From the human T2T-CHM13v2.0 reference genome, Homo sapiens, in the NCBI RefSeq assembly GCF_009914755.1, contig NC_060940.1: a stretch of 64,000 nt of DNA. The stretch is one strand, 5' to 3'. Of the stretch, positions 41,925 to 60,359 are shown in pieces; the stretch's first letter is position 1; each line of letters begins with the position of its first letter. The notes below the pieces were generated by a model that saw nothing but the letters and a program-made list of their open reading frames with translations, made no database searches and was not told where the DNA came from. The position numbers were made by a program, and so were the translations under genes.

Positions 41925-42517
41925 TCAAAAAATAGTTAGCCAGGTGTGGTGCCACATGCCTGTATTCCCAGCTACTCAGGGGCTGAGGCGAGAGCATCAC
42001 TTGAGCCCAGGAAGTCAGGGCTGCAGTGAGCTCTGATCGTACCACTGCACTCCAGCCTGGGCGATAGAGTGATACCCTGTCTCAAAAAAAAAAAAAAAAA
42101 GTATGCGATTATACATATGTACATGTTTTGAAATTGTCCTGAAATTTAGTATTGGGCAAAAGCAGCTAACTAGCTAAATACATAAAGATGAAATCTTTTC
42201 AATAGCAGGTTTCAGCAGAGGAAGAAAACTGTGGCTTTTCCTCTTGAGTTTGCCAGGCCTGATTGTACTGTTGCCAGTTAGGTAGAGGGTGGGGTTGCTA
42301 AATCCACAAGAAAGAGAACTGAACAAGGAAGAACATTTCTGCAAAGGAGAACTGACTGATTGATTAAATGGGAAGCTTGCGTGGTAGCAGGAACTCTGAA
42401 GAGGAAAACAGTCTAGGAGGCCTAGACTGGTCCAGGAGTGAGGACTTGGAGATAGCATTGTTTTGTTTCCCTAAATAGTCCTTTGACCATATAAGTGAGG
42501 CACTGAGATATGAGAAC

Positions 42518-42552
42518 ACAACACAACACACACACACATACACACACACACA
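42518..42552. repeat. Interrupted (CA)n followed by poly-T
   Basis: Direct reading. Confidence 0.85.
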
Positions 42553-43025
42553 CTTTTTTTTTTTTAACCATGCCCCTTTCCCCCAGAACCAGCTTTTTTG
42601 CTTACCTCCCTTCTTCTTGTAAATTAAGGTGCTTTTGGGATCAGGAGAGGGGTTGGGACAAAAGTGAGAGAATTCTAATGTGGCTTGGCCACTGGGAAAC
42701 CACTGTGAAGGATTGGATTGCATTGGGAGAATAATTGGAGAGCCAACAGAAGTGGAGAATTGACTGCAGATATTTGAGTGTCAGATTTTGTAAAGAAGGA
42801 AATGTATTATATATGTGAATTATTTAACGTATGGAACACCCAGTGCTCATGGACTGCAGTGGTCTTATTTTCGGACAAGTTAAGTGAGAGTTCCAGCCCT
42901 GCCTTTCTCACGGGGACTTGGATAACATGTTTAAGGACGGAAAGTAACATATATTTCCATCTTTATCTATGAGGTTCCTAGTCTTTACCAATATGCCATT
43001 TCATAATGTGGTGTTTTCCTTGTAG

Positions 43026-43218
43026 GGAATCCAGTATTTATGTTCACTCCAAGACCTGAATTTATATTATAACAACATTCCTTCATTAGTGGAAGTGTCC
43101 CGTCTACAACCGTTACCCTTCCTCAAAGAACTGGATTTGAGACTTAATCCTGTTGTAAGGAAAGATACAGATTATAGGCTCTTTGCTGTATATACACTAC
43201 AAACTCTGGAGAAATTAG
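43026..43218 (+). CDS. LRRC36: LRRC36 exon 3 (GIQYLCSLQDLNLYYNNIPSL...LKELDLRLNPVVRKDTDYRLFAVYTLQTLEKL-D): LRRs plus LRRcap
   Basis: tttccttgtag|GGA ... TTAG|gtaaga; 193 nt, phase 0 to 1. Two LRR motifs and a YRxxxxxxLxxLxxLD cap of U2A'/SDS22 type. Confidence 0.96.
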
Positions 43219-43549
43219 GTAAGACCTTCCTTCTCTGTTCCTGTCCACAGAATCTTACTTTAAATCAGCTGCCCCTTAACCTTTTGGATGTTGGCCCACA
43301 GTGTGCACTGGCAGGATATATTTGTTTATTAGTCAATATTTATGTAACTCTTTTGTGTTGGCAGGATGTATGACGAGTTCTTTTATTGTTTATTGAATGA
43401 CAGTCTATGATTTTATTAGTTACTTCCAGCTTTAGTTTTCTTCAGTTGATGGTTTCACCGCCCCTTCCTCCTCAACACAAAATTTCCAGGTTGAGAATTA
43501 TTTTTCCAGGTGCCCCAACTTTGCAACTGTATTAGCAATAGAAAGCTAA

Positions 43550-43954
<405 letters not shown>

Positions 43955-44264
43955 TAAACTCTTTCAGACAATGGTATGACTTTCAGCCCTAACATTAGGC
44001 CTTTGAATTGTTTACTGTCCAAGCTCTGCTTTCCTGAAGGGTAGTTACAACTGTGAGGCAGTGGTCGCTATGGCTTCCTGCAGTCTCCCTGAGTTCCTGC
44101 CTGCTCCAGTGACAACATAATAGCATTATTTTGTGACCTGTCTCTAACACACCAAGATGAGACTGGTCCTAATTTTTCCTCTGCGAATATGGTTTTCTGA
44201 TTAACTACTAGTTATGTCTATGCCAAAAAAAGAAACATGCTCAGACCACCGTTTTTGCCTCCAG

Positions 44265-44361
44265 ATGACCGAACTGTACGTGAAGGTGAGAGAAAAGCTG
44301 CCAAGCTGCATTTTAGTCAGTTGGGCAACAGTGAAAATTTTCTTTTAGAGGTGGAAAAAAG
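44265..44361 (+). CDS. LRRC36: LRRC36 exon 4 (DRTVREGERKAAKLHFSQLGNSENFLLEVEK-S)
   Basis: tttttgcctccag|AT ... AAAG|gtaaga; 97 nt, phase 1 to 2; completes the LEKLD cap motif. Confidence 0.94.
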
Positions 44362-45224
44362 GTAAGAAGATTCTTTACAAAATTTTTAAAGTTTGGTTCT
44401 GGACATAGGAAATAGTGAATTCCTGCTTAGCTTTCTTCATTTTCCAGCAGAAATTTCCCACAAATTGTAAGAATCCTCAGATCAGGAATAAAAGTATTTA
44501 TTCTGCAAACTGAGATTTATCTGGGATGATAATCTGGCCCTCAGTGGGTACATTCCTGTTTTCTTGAACTTTGGGTATAATTGTTAGAAATTCTCTAAAG
44601 TTGTTGTTCACAGGTTATAGATAGGGATACTATGAGATTACTTATTCCTATAAATGCTTACCAACTCTTTCTCAGTAGAGTTATCAATCAGTTCCTGATC
44701 TTGTCCTATTGAATTAGGATTACATTACCATGGGCAAGATTGTTAGAGATAAATTTGTTAAAGGAAGGGAAGAGAAGCATTTCTCTTCGAAACAAAAAGT
44801 GAACAAACATTGAGGCTCTAAAATTTCTGAATGGTAGCTTTGTCCATTACTAAAATCCTATCAAAAGAAGTTACCATTATCTTCTACCCCCAAACCTATG
44901 CTTTTTAAAAAGTAGTTTTATTATTTTTTAAAAATAGATAGCAGTCCATTACAATTTTAATAATACAGAAAAGTACACTGAAAAAAGTCAAAATCACTTC
45001 ATATCCTACAATTGAGAGTTAACTATTAGTAATGTTTGGTATATATCCTTCCAGATATCCTTGTACTATAGACACATATAGATAATATCAGCATTTTTTC
45101 TGATGACAAAGGTAATACATGCTTATTGTTGAGAATTTGGAAAGTACAGAAAAAAACACAAGGGATAAAATAAGTAATTCATAATCCTACCATTCAGAAA
45201 GAAACATTCATTATATTCTGGTAA

Positions 45225-45401
<177 letters not shown>

Positions 45402-46657
45402 TAATTTAACAAGCTATCATGAACATATCCCCACAACATTATTCTTATATTATTCTCCAGAATAAGTCTTTTGTTTGTTTATTGCTTTTACCTTTACTAC
45501 TAGAACATAAACTCCATGAGAACAAGGATCTTGTTGGTCTTGCTTATTACAGTATCCCAGTTGCTAGAACCGTGTCTGGAATACAGACGATGCTAAGAAA
45601 TAATGTATTGAATGATGAATGAATGAGGTCAGTGCCTATTGGCCTGAGATCCTTCCCTTTCCCAGTGACTTTGCCTGTCTCTGCTCTGATCCATTATATG
45701 TTTTTTAGTGCAGCCTTCAGTGAACATTCTTAGTTTCCTATTTTTTTCTTAGTTTCCTATTTTTTAAAATCAGATTTATTGAGGTTACTTTGCATGGAAT
45801 AGTCACTCTTCTTTAGATAGAAATTGAATGCTTCTAAAACATTGTTTATATGTTTTGTGGATTAATTTCTATTTTAAATGCAATGGGTAACATTCACTAC
45901 AAAAATACAGAGATTAATTAATGTGTAACTGAATAAACCTTCTAATAAACAGATAAATTAATTCCATCATTTATCTGTTTATTTACCATATAATGATTGC
46001 AAAACTGGAGGAAAAATGTTACTCAAGTACCCTGTATTAACATTAATATCTTATAAGCTCTCTAACCTTGGGTGAAGTTTTTTTTTTTTTAAGCCTTTCT
46101 GAGTCCCAGTTCCCCCACCTATAAAATGGAGATAATGACCAGTAGGGGGCCTTTTATGATTACATGAAATGGTGATTATAAAGCATCTGATACATACAGC
46201 CTAGGCTTTGTGTACTTACTGTACTACCCAAGGTATCTACCTGCCTTTCTTGTCTGCTTTTCTAAATAATGGCTATAGTTGTCTCCTCTATAATTCTTGG
46301 CAGCAGAACCTTCCTTTCTGTGTCCTAACTATGAGTGTTTTAATTCAAAAGAAACTGTCCTACCCCCTCAATCATTCAGATCTAAGTATGTGTCAAGAAA
46401 ACAGAGTATCTAAGTTCTAAATCTTCTGGCTTTCACATTTTACAGGCTGAACTATAGTGTCCTTCTCTCATATTTCCCAGTATAAATATTACTTTTTCTT
46501 ATAAAGTATGGCTTTAACTGAAATATTTGTGCAACTTTTTTTTTTTTGGAGACAGAGTCTTGCTCTGTCACCCAAACTGGAGTACAGTGGCGTGATCTCA
46601 GCTCACTGCAACCTCTGCCTCCTGGGTTCAAGTGATTCTCCTGCCTCAGCCTTCTGA

Positions 46658-46840
<183 letters not shown>

Positions 46841-46971
46841 TAAATTAATATGTTCTAGAGCATTTGAGAAAAATCTGATCACCATAGACTGCTTTCTAAA
46901 TAGCATTTACTGGTGATCTCAGAAGCCTTTTTTTTTTTTTTGAGTTGTAAATAAATTATTCTATGTGGCAG

Positions 46972-47060
46972 CTCTAGGGAGAAGACAATGAAAAACTGTG
47001 TAACAGGTGAGAGCTCTGCATCAAAAGTCAGTGCTAATGTTGACAGCAGGATTGAAATGG
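46972..47060 (+). CDS. LRRC36: LRRC36 exon 5 (SREKTMKNCVTGESSASKVSANVDSRIEM-D)
   Basis: gtggcag|C ... ATGG|gtaagt; 89 nt, phase 2 to 1, open frame. An alternative in-frame AG lies 6 nt downstream. Confidence 0.88.
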
Positions 47061-47526
47061 GTAAGTTTTCTCCCTGTGATTATAAAATGATTAAAACATC
47101 AGTTATCTCAGCTGCCATAGCCAATATTGGGTAAGATGAAGACACATAGTTGAGAAAGAACCAATTTGAAGCAAGCACAGGTTTACTGGCTGTGTTTTTC
47201 TTCCATCCTCTCACTGCCAGAAGGACCTTACAGAGCAGGCCTAACCCAGAGCCCATGAAAGCACAAGCTGTACTTGGAGAGTTCAATTTCATTTACATCA
47301 CTTTACATCATTAGTATACCCAGAAAATTACATCAGTGATTGATTTAATTAGAGACTGGCGACTCATCTGCATACATCCAGCTCACACCCTGGGCTTCCT
47401 GGGCTGCCCAACCAAGAACCTTTGCAGCTGTAGAATCTCTTGTGTTTGGGATATATTACTGGGGAATGTTTACTATATTCCTGTAAATACAGTTGATAAG
47501 CCAATATAGCTAAAGTGGTTATGCCA

Positions 47527-47835
<309 letters not shown>

Positions 47836-48127
47836 AAAGTGGTTATGCCACATTAATGGTCATGTCACAGGCCGGGAGAAAGCTTTCCACCAGAGAAGTT
47901 GCATCCAGTGAATCCTTGTGGATTAGCTTGGCACTGTCAGATAAATCAAGTGACCTTTTACTTGAGAAAATATTCTTCGGTCTCAGTGCCTCTTCCCTTG
48001 GAAGAATCTAGTGAATTATACACAAACTCTAAACATCAATTCCTAAAAGCCAAGCAATAACTTTAGTAGATTGACTCTACACTGTAGTTCAGACATTAAG
48101 CATTTTCGGTTTATAACATGTATTTTA

Positions 48128-48577
<450 letters not shown>

Positions 48578-49412
48578 TCATTTTAAATAGCATTTTTAAT
48601 ATTTTTAAATTGATACAATTTTATTGTAATAATTTTGGAAAAGACTGAAAAGCATGAAAAACAACATTTTGGTCCTAGTTAATGCTTTGGTATACAGCCT
48701 TCCTTGGTATACCACCTTTGGTATACAGCCTAGTCTTTTTTCTAGGTACAGGCATTTAAGTATCCATTTCCAGACAGAGAAAAATACATTGAAGCATAAT
48801 TTGACAACCTGTTTTTGTATAAGCTGAATTAGACTTCATTTGTGCCATATTACTTCATTAACACAATTAAAAAGTCTGAAAGTGTACTTTCTCTTCTAAG
48901 AACAAACTGCTTTGCTAGAGGGCCCATTTCTAAAGGTTCTTAGAAGCCCCAGCTGTTGCCTGGATTTTTTTTAATATAAAATTTATTTTGCTACTTCGAA
49001 ACGTTAAGGAGCTTTGTTTTCCACTGAAAATTGTGTTTGTGCTGGATTCCCTGGGGAGTGTTGCCAGTAAGCACTGTTGGTAATCCAATATGATCAAAGT
49101 GGTTATGCCATGTTAATGGCCATGCCACAGGCTAGGAGAAAACTTTCTGGAGAACATCTCTCACTAGCTCAGTTGTTCCCAATGGTGTTTTCCCACCAAT
49201 CATTGCGAATGGGCACTGAACCTCCACTGTCTTGGATCCTCCTCTTATTCTCCTAACCACATAATCATTGACTCTTTGAAAGGTTCCTCTCTCTCTTCCC
49301 ATATCCCCGAAATAGGCGTACCTAGGCTATATCTTTGGGCTCTCCTGTTTTTTCTCTTTGCCCCTATTGATCTCATCTATTTTACGGCCTTATTTATAAA
49401 TAAATAAATGTC

Positions 49413-49459
<47 letters not shown>

Positions 49460-49462
49460 TTT
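49413..49462. repeat. (TTTA)n Alu-tail microsatellite
   Basis: Direct reading. Confidence 0.9.
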
Positions 49463-50140
49463 TTTGAGGCAGGGTCTCATTCTGTTGCCCAGGCTGGAGT
49501 GCAGTGGTGCAAACTCAGCTCACTGCAACCTCTGCCTCCTAGGCTCAAGCCATCCTCCCAGTTCATCCTCCTGAGTAGCTGGGACTACAGGTGTGTGCTA
49601 CCATGCACAGCTAAGTTTTGTATTTTTTTGCAGAGAGGGGGTTTTGCCATTTTTCCATGTTGCCCAGGCTGGTCTTGAACTCCTGAGCTCAAGCAATTTT
49701 CCCCCCTCAGCCTCCCAAAGTGCTAGGATTATAGGCGTGAGCCACTGTGCCCAGCCTGTTTATTTATTTATATTTATTTTATAGTCTTTCCTCATATCTT
49801 AAATATATTGGTCTAGCTTTGACAACCTGCACTGGTCTCTCTCTGCACCAGGCCCATATTTCTGTTGACCAACTTGTAATATACACTTGGAATCACCACT
49901 GTTTAACAGCCTCTCAAGCTAAACATGTCCAAAATAACCCCCAAAACAAACAAACAAATAAGCCCCTCTCCCTCAACCCTAAACAGCTCCTAGGGTTTCA
50001 TCAGTATTACCACAGCTTTCCCATTACCCTGGCCCAGAATCATGTTGGGGTTTGATGCTGCTGCTACTCTGAGCTGAATGTTCATGCCCTGTAGTATGAT
50101 CCACAATTGACGAGCCTTCCTTTCCATTTCTTTTTTTATT

Positions 50141-50172
<32 letters not shown>

Positions 50173-50176
50173 TTGA

Positions 50177-50284
<108 letters not shown>

Positions 50285-51045
50285 TAGCTGGGATTACAGG
50301 TGCGCACCAACATGCCCAGCTAATTTTTGTATTTTTAGTGGAGACAGGGTTTCACCATGTTGATCAGGCTGGTCTCGAACTCCTGGCCTCAAGTGACCCA
50401 CGTTCCTCGGCCTCCCAAGGTGCTGGGATTATAGCACGTCCAGCCCCTTTCCATTTCTTGATAGTCTCTTACCAGGCATGGTTAATTATCTCAGTTAATC
50501 CTCACAACAACCTTGAAGGTGGTTCTACAGGTGAGGAAACTGATACCCAAAGAGGGGAAATAACTTGCCCTAGTTATGCAGTAAGTGGCAGAGCTAGGAG
50601 GCAAACTCTGGTCCATCTGTCATCAAAGTCCTCTTAACCATTACATGATACTGCTTCACAGTCTCTTACTCCTTCAATTCATTTTGTACTTTGCTGCCAG
50701 ATTAATTCTCTTAAAACACAGCTGTGATGATTTATTATGCTTGCCTGCTCAAAAACTTCTCTGGCTCCCACTCCCCTACTAAATTAAGTCTAAACTCCTT
50801 TACTTGGTGTATAAGACTCCCCTAAGCTCTATCTGTAATTTGTCTCTTCAGCCTAAGCTGAAAGCTTATCTCCTGTTTGTCAACTACAATGTCCAATACT
50901 CAATCAAACCACTCCTTCCTCCCCCAAATAGTCCTTCCTTTCTCCCTCCTCTGTCCCTAAACTAATGCTGTCCCCCTGCTTGTAATGCTTTACTCAAATC
51001 CTACCCTTCTTTATGACCCAGACCAAAGCCCATCCATTTTAATGA

Positions 51046-51354
<309 letters not shown>

Positions 51355-51359
51355 TGATT

Positions 51360-52443
<1,084 letters not shown>

Positions 52444-54229
52444 TTTTAAGATGTCTTTTTATATACTGAGTTTAGTTTCTTATAGTTTCTCAAACTGGAC
52501 TCCTGTTCTCAGAGTTGATTAGAACATTGAGCTTGAGAAACACTGATGTGGCTGGTGACATGCTACAGAAGCCCACTGTGTGCTGGGGACAGTGGAGAAA
52601 GGTTTTATGGCAGATATGGAAACAAAGCCATCAGACCTTACAGGCTGGAGAGCAATGGGATGGCCTGAAAAGAGGAGCAGCACATTTTGATTGGTGGGGT
52701 TGGTGTGAATTACTGTCTGGAAGTGGTAAGGAGGATGGTAGGTCATGAAGAAAGCCATGTGTCGGTGTGGTTTGGGTGGAAGGTTTATGTTGGGTAGAAG
52801 GTCAGGTTCTGGAGAACAGTGAATGTCTTACTAAGAACAATTTACGTTTATCCTGTAGGTACTAGTTGAAACAACCTAACTCACTCTTTTTGCCAGTTCT
52901 ATTTGCCTTTAAATAGAGTCTTGCTGAAAATATACTGATCTAATATCTTATTCTAAAATAACAAGGAAAAATCCACCACAGCCACCCTCAGTGGCTCATT
53001 CCTGTGTCTAGCAGATGTGTCAGGGTCTTCTTTATAACTCATTGAAATCCATCCCACTTCAACATGTTGATCCATGTCATCTCTTGGTTTAGCCATGATG
53101 GAGTTTTGGCTGAATAAAAATCAGCTTGGAATAGCAGAGACTTCTCAAAATAGTCACTTAAACTAGAAGTTCATTTATCTCTCTTATAGAAATCCAGATG
53201 TTGACAGTCTACGGCTGTCATGGGGAGAGTTCTAAGGGAGGAATAATGAATATGGGGGAGAGGCAGTTAGCAATCTCAGTCAGTGGAAATGAGAGCAATT
53301 CAGCAAAGAAGTGCATATCTACTGGGCAAATCCTGTGTTGGGGGTAGGCAGACAAGGACATGATTAAAATAGTGTCACGTCTTCACATACTCCCATTTTG
53401 GAAAGATTTATTGCAGCTAATTAGGTCACAAGTCAGGCTTCACTGTGAGACAAGAGCTCTACTATGGCAGAGATATAGAGGGATGGAGGAGAGGCGGTTG
53501 CAGTTAGTACTCATTGCAGGCCTGGGAAAAGGCTGCACAAAACAACACTTTAGTTGGGCATTAAAATAGAGTTCAGTGGGCATAGTTGAGGGGAAAAGGT
53601 ATTCAATGTAGAGGGAAAAGCAGCAGCAAAGACAGGTGAAACATATCAGGAAATTGACTCAGCTTGTGGCTAGAGATAAGGCCAAGTTGCAAAGGCCCTC
53701 TTTACTAATTATGTTCATTTTATTCTCTTGAAAATAGGTAATAATAAGGATCTCTTAGAGGTGAGGCATGCTTAAACGTGTGATTTGAGAGATAACTCAA
53801 GCTAGATTTAGTTAGTGGGAGGTAATGAGGACCTGTCCTCGGAGGCCAATGGTAAAATGCAGATGAGGAAGCACAGATTGATTAAGTCCTGGAGGATACG
53901 AAAATAAAGCCTGGATACAAAACATGAAGTATTTTTACCTGCAGTGTTTTGCTATATAGTTCAAACTTCAGAAGAATGGAATTTCTGAATAAAAGACACA
54001 ACTATTATTTAAAGGGGGAAAAATACAAGGTTACTAAGATTACATGGAGTCTGTTCATGATGGGAAAAAAACCACCTCACCAATTTCCTTTAATAATTAT
54101 CATATCTGCAATAGTTATTACATATTAATATTTTAAATGTCAGGGATTGTGTTGTTTTTATTGGTAATTAGCAATGGAAAAGAAATGGTTTTGGAGACTA
54201 GTGAAAGACAAGTTATTTCTGCTCTTATA

Positions 54230-54565
54230 TTTTTATCTCAGTGGAATCTGGGGTACAATATGTTTATTTGAGATTAACACTGAGAGGAAGGGGAGGAAAG
54301 AGGGTTAAGCAGAGAGAGAGCTCTAGAGTAAGAACTTTCCTTCAGAATGTCCCTTACTAGGCTGAAATGCCTGGGTCTTTGTACCCCTGCCTAGCTCTGT
54401 CACGGGGAGTGAACTGTCCTTGGAAGAGAATGGCATCAGGAGATGGTTCTTGATAGCTAAGACAGACTCCGAATGAAGAGCAAACGGCTGAAGTGCCCTC
54501 CAGCAGCTAGGCAGCAAGTCCTTCCTTGAAGGGGATCTGGCCAGATCTCAGCCTCCCATTGATTG
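54230..54565. mobile_element. Old ERVL-type LTR fragment (LTR16-like)
   Basis: gggtctttgtacccctgc...cagcaagtccttccttgaaggggatctgg resembles recalled LTR16-family sequence. Confidence 0.45.
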
Positions 54566-54974
54566 CAGGGTGTTTGTACAAACATGTGAAGTGGAGCCTC
54601 ATCCAGCTGGGATTACTGGTAGTAGAAGTAGCTATTAGTTACTTGCCCCTGTATCTGTATGATAAAGCCTTTTCTCTGTTATTACAAATAGAAAACAATT
54701 TTCAAACAAATTGTCCTGTCGCATTGATTATATGGATGTTCAAACCTGGGCTGGACAACAGGTCATAATTACATTTGCTTTTGGAATTAAGGGCTGGATA
54801 TATTTTGTATCTGAAGAAAAAGAATAAACTGAAGTATAAGACAAGAAAAAAATAATCTCAGAATACAAATTGCTTCATTTTCTTGATTGTTGTATATGAC
54901 GTACTTAGTCATAATAGTGGCAGAGCAAGGCATCAGTTTTTTTTTTTTTTCAAGAGTGATCCTGTATCTTGGAT

Positions 54975-56420
54975 ATGACACAAAAAACAACCAAAAGACT
55001 TCATAAAAATTAAAATTTTTGTGTTTTAAAGGACACTATCAAAGTGGAAAGACAACCCACAGAATAGGAGAAAATGTTTGCAGACTGTATATCTGACAAG
55101 GATCTAATTAATATTCATTCTATATTTTTAAAAACCGGAATGTAGTGGCATGCCCAGGCTGCAGTACAGTGGCACAGTCACAGCTCACTGCAACCTCAAA
55201 CTCCTGGGCTTAAGTGATATTCCTGCCTCCTGAGTAGCAGGGACTACAGGCATGTCGCCACTAATTTTTTTTTTTTTTTTTGCACCCAGCTATTTTATTT
55301 TTTGTGGAGATAAGGTCTTGCTATGTTGCCCAGGCTGGTCTTGAACTCTTGGCCTGAAGCGACCCTCACACCTTGGCCTCTTAAAGTGCTGGGATTACAG
55401 GCATGAGCTAACGTATTCAACCCATTCTACATAAAGAACTCTTACAACTCAATAACAAAAAGACAAAAACAACCCAATTAAAAAAAATGTGGGCAGAGAA
55501 TTTGAATAGACATTTCTCCAAAGAAGATATGCAGCTGGCCAAAAGCACATGAAAGATGCTCAACATCACTATTCATCTGGGAAATGCAAAGCAAAACTAC
55601 AAGGAGATACCACTTCACATCCACTAGGCCAAATAGAATCTAAAGGACAGATAATAAGCAATGGCTGGGAGGGTGGGAGGAAGGGGAGGAGCAGAAAAGA
55701 TAACTGTTGAATACTGGGCTTAATATCCAGTGATGAAGTAACATGTATAAAAAATAAGATATGTTTTGCAATTTAAAAAGTTGCTATAAAAAAAGCAATG
55801 TCAAGGATGTGCAGAAATTGGAGTCCTTATGCATCGCTGGTAGGAAAGTAAAATTGTGCAACTGTTTTGGAAAACAGTCTGGCAGTTCCTCAAAAAGTTA
55901 AACATAGAGTTAAATTTGATCCAGCAATTCCACTCCTAGGTATATATACCTAAGAGAAATGGAAACCTATGTTCATACAAAAACTTGTCCAGGAATGAAA
56001 GCAGCATTATTCATAATAGCCATTGACTGAAGAATGAATAAACAAAATATGATATATCCATATTCAGGCATTAAAAAGGAATGAAGTACTAACACATGCT
56101 ATAACATGTATTTTGAAAACATCAGGCTAAGTGAAAGAAGCCAGACAAAAAGGTCATATATTGTATGATTCCATTTATATAAAATTTGCAGAATAGGCCA
56201 TTGCATAGAGACAGAAAGTATATTGTTGGTTGCCAGAGGATGGAAGGGAGGGAAAAATTGGGAATGACAGCTATGGGGTTTCTTTTGGGGGTGATGAAAT
56301 ATTCTAGAATTAGATAGTGGTGATAGTTGTATAACTTTGTGAATATACTAAAAAACACTGAATTGTACACTATAAAAGGATGAATTGTATGACACATGAA
56401 TTATATCTCAATTAAAATAA
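54975..56420 (+). mobile_element. Old L1 (L1MB-like) 3' fragment with nested Alu and small L1 insert
   Basis: aaagacaacccacagaataggagaaaat...ccagcaattccactcctaggtatata...tgaattatatctcaattaaaataaa. Confidence 0.85.
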
Positions 56421-56594
56421 AGCTTCTCCCACAGTCATAGAGTGATTCTGTACAACTTGGTAATTGAGATTTCAGATGAGTCAAATAACAAGTTTGTATC
56501 TTAAGTGATTGGGTGATAGTAATGCCAATAACAAGATTGGGGGAGGCACCAGCAGCAGAAGTAGGCCTGGAAGTGAAGATAATGAGTTTGGTTA

Positions 56595-56962
<368 letters not shown>

Positions 56963-57985
56963 TCAGGAAATTTAGGTCTGTACATCAGAAGAGAGACCAG
57001 ACTTAAGAGATTTAGATTTAGAGTCACTCAGATGTAAGTGATAGCTAAAACCCAGGAGAACTATGAGAGCACTCAGCAAGAAGTTCAGGCGGTAGGGGAT
57101 TTGAACCAAGACATAGGTTGAAAGAAAAGGAACCTGTGAATCTGGAAAAGAGCATATGTGCTGTGGGAGGAAAAACAGGCTGGAGCAGGGTCTTGAACAC
57201 CTGCGAAGTCTTGTTCCACAGGATAAGAGTAAGAGGAGCCCTGAACCCAAAGTCACAGCCTACTAACCATTCTCATTTGCACAAAAGCTGTGTTACAACT
57301 AGCAGTTTCTGCTTCACCTTGTTTCTTCTGTAGTACTACTGCAGTGAGAACAGGACAAAAAGGTTGATAGCTCATGTCACTTGCAGAAAAGTAGTTCTGT
57401 CGAGTCCAGTGGTTGGAAGAGCATCTTGTGTTTAAGTAGGACGTTTCAGTCCCAGAAGGCAATTCAGAAATAGAAGGCATCTTAGAGCCTCAGATGGATG
57501 GAGGGGCTGGTTCTCAAGAGGCTGGCTTTATTCACTGTCTACTCTCAGTTGCACTGGCTTGTAGTGACTTTCTGTTGCCAGAACCAGTAGATGAAAGTGA
57601 GCATAAGAGCACATTGTTTGACAAAGGCCCAAATTCTTGCTACTATCTTCTTACATAATCCTGCTGGAAAAAAATTCCTTAAACAAAAGCAAAACTCTTG
57701 TTTTCATTCAAGTCCCCCCAGAAGACCTCAAATCCCAGAATTATACGTTAATAAATGTATTGATCAAGAGTGGAAAAACGTTTGTACAAATATGACAACC
57801 TAATAGAATCGTTCTCTCTTTCTTGTCATTCTTGTCTCACTCCTGTTACTCAGGCTGGAGTGCAGTGGCACAATCTTGGTTCATTGCAGTCTCGACTTCC
57901 CAAGTTAAGGGTTCCTCCCACCTCAGCCTCCCAAATAGCTGGGACTCATGCCACTAAGCCTGGCTCATTTTTGTATTTTCAATAG

Positions 57986-58129
<144 letters not shown>

Positions 58130-58303
58130 TGATAACAGTTTCCAAAGTGGCCAGAACTGGGCTACAGTTTTTGTTATTTTTACTTTTTATTTTTAAAATA
58201 ATTTTTCTAATCACAGTAAAAATATTGGTAAAAAAATAAAATTATAATACAGGAAAAAAAGTTAAAATTTATCACTTTTTTGTGAATATATGTATTAAAC
58301 TAA

Positions 58304-58637
<334 letters not shown>

Positions 58638-58902
58638 TAACAGTATTTTTTAATGAAAATGGAACACTATTTCCTTTACTTTTAAAAAATTATTTTTCTT
58701 TAACTATAAAACAAATCTTACCAGGCCTGGTGGCTCACGCGTGTAATCCCAACACTTTAGGAAGCCAAGGCTGGCAGATTGCTTGAGCCCAGGAGTTCTA
58801 AACCAGCCTGGGCAACATACGGATACCCTATTTCTATTAAAACTTTTTTTTAATGTAAAAATTAAAAAAAACAAAAACAAAAACAAATCTCACACAAAAT
58901 AA

Positions 58903-59085
<183 letters not shown>

Positions 59086-59511
59086 TAACGCCCAGCTAAT
59101 TTTTGTATTTTTAGTAGAGACGGGATTTCACCAGGCTGGCCAGGCTGGTCTCAAACTCCTGACCTCATCATCCGCCCGCCTCAGCCTCCCAAAGTGCTGG
59201 GACTACAAATGTGAGTCACCGTGCCTGGCCAGAAGTTTGAATATATATACAGAGCCTAAAGTACTACTAATAAATATATTTAAGCTCATGGTGAATATTT
59301 CCAGCCCCATCACTAATTTAATCAATTTACAAGGATTTTATAAATAGCAGGGGATGATACTTCCACATTCTCTGTGTGGTAACCAAAAAACAAGATAAAA
59401 CAAGAATCTCTCTAATAGCATTAGTTACAATTGAATAAAACAAAATAAACTGTAAAAAATACATTGGGAGACCTAAGGATTTAGCATTCTTCTCCATGAA
59501 ATAGGTCCTGA

Positions 59512-59898
<387 letters not shown>

Positions 59899-60359
59899 TA
59901 GTTTGAAATGGTCAATCAGTGCTGACTGCTGATTAGTACCCTGGAGATGTATAATGCCAGGAGTCTATTCCCAGCATCTCCCCCTGTAGTTGGAGATTAT
60001 GGAATTGGTATCACAGTTAATTATTTATTCGCTTAGGAAATGTGCAAAATATTTGCCTTCCACTCAGTTTCTGTTGAGCACTTCATAAATTATGAAGCCA
60101 TTTCATATCCATTATCCTGTTTTAACCTGGCTCAACCCTAACAGATAGGCAGTTTAGATTTTATCATCTCTGTTTTCCAAACGAAGTGAGAGAAGTAGAG
60201 AGGTTAAGTGATTTGCTCAAATTCATGTGGTCTCCAAGTGGTGGCACCAGAACTAGCACTCAATCTTGTGACTTTCCTTTTAGTATCTATCCATTAGACA
60301 TGCTGCCTTTGAAGTCTGGTCAGTGAGTGCTTTATTGTTTGCTTTTTCTTTTAACACAG

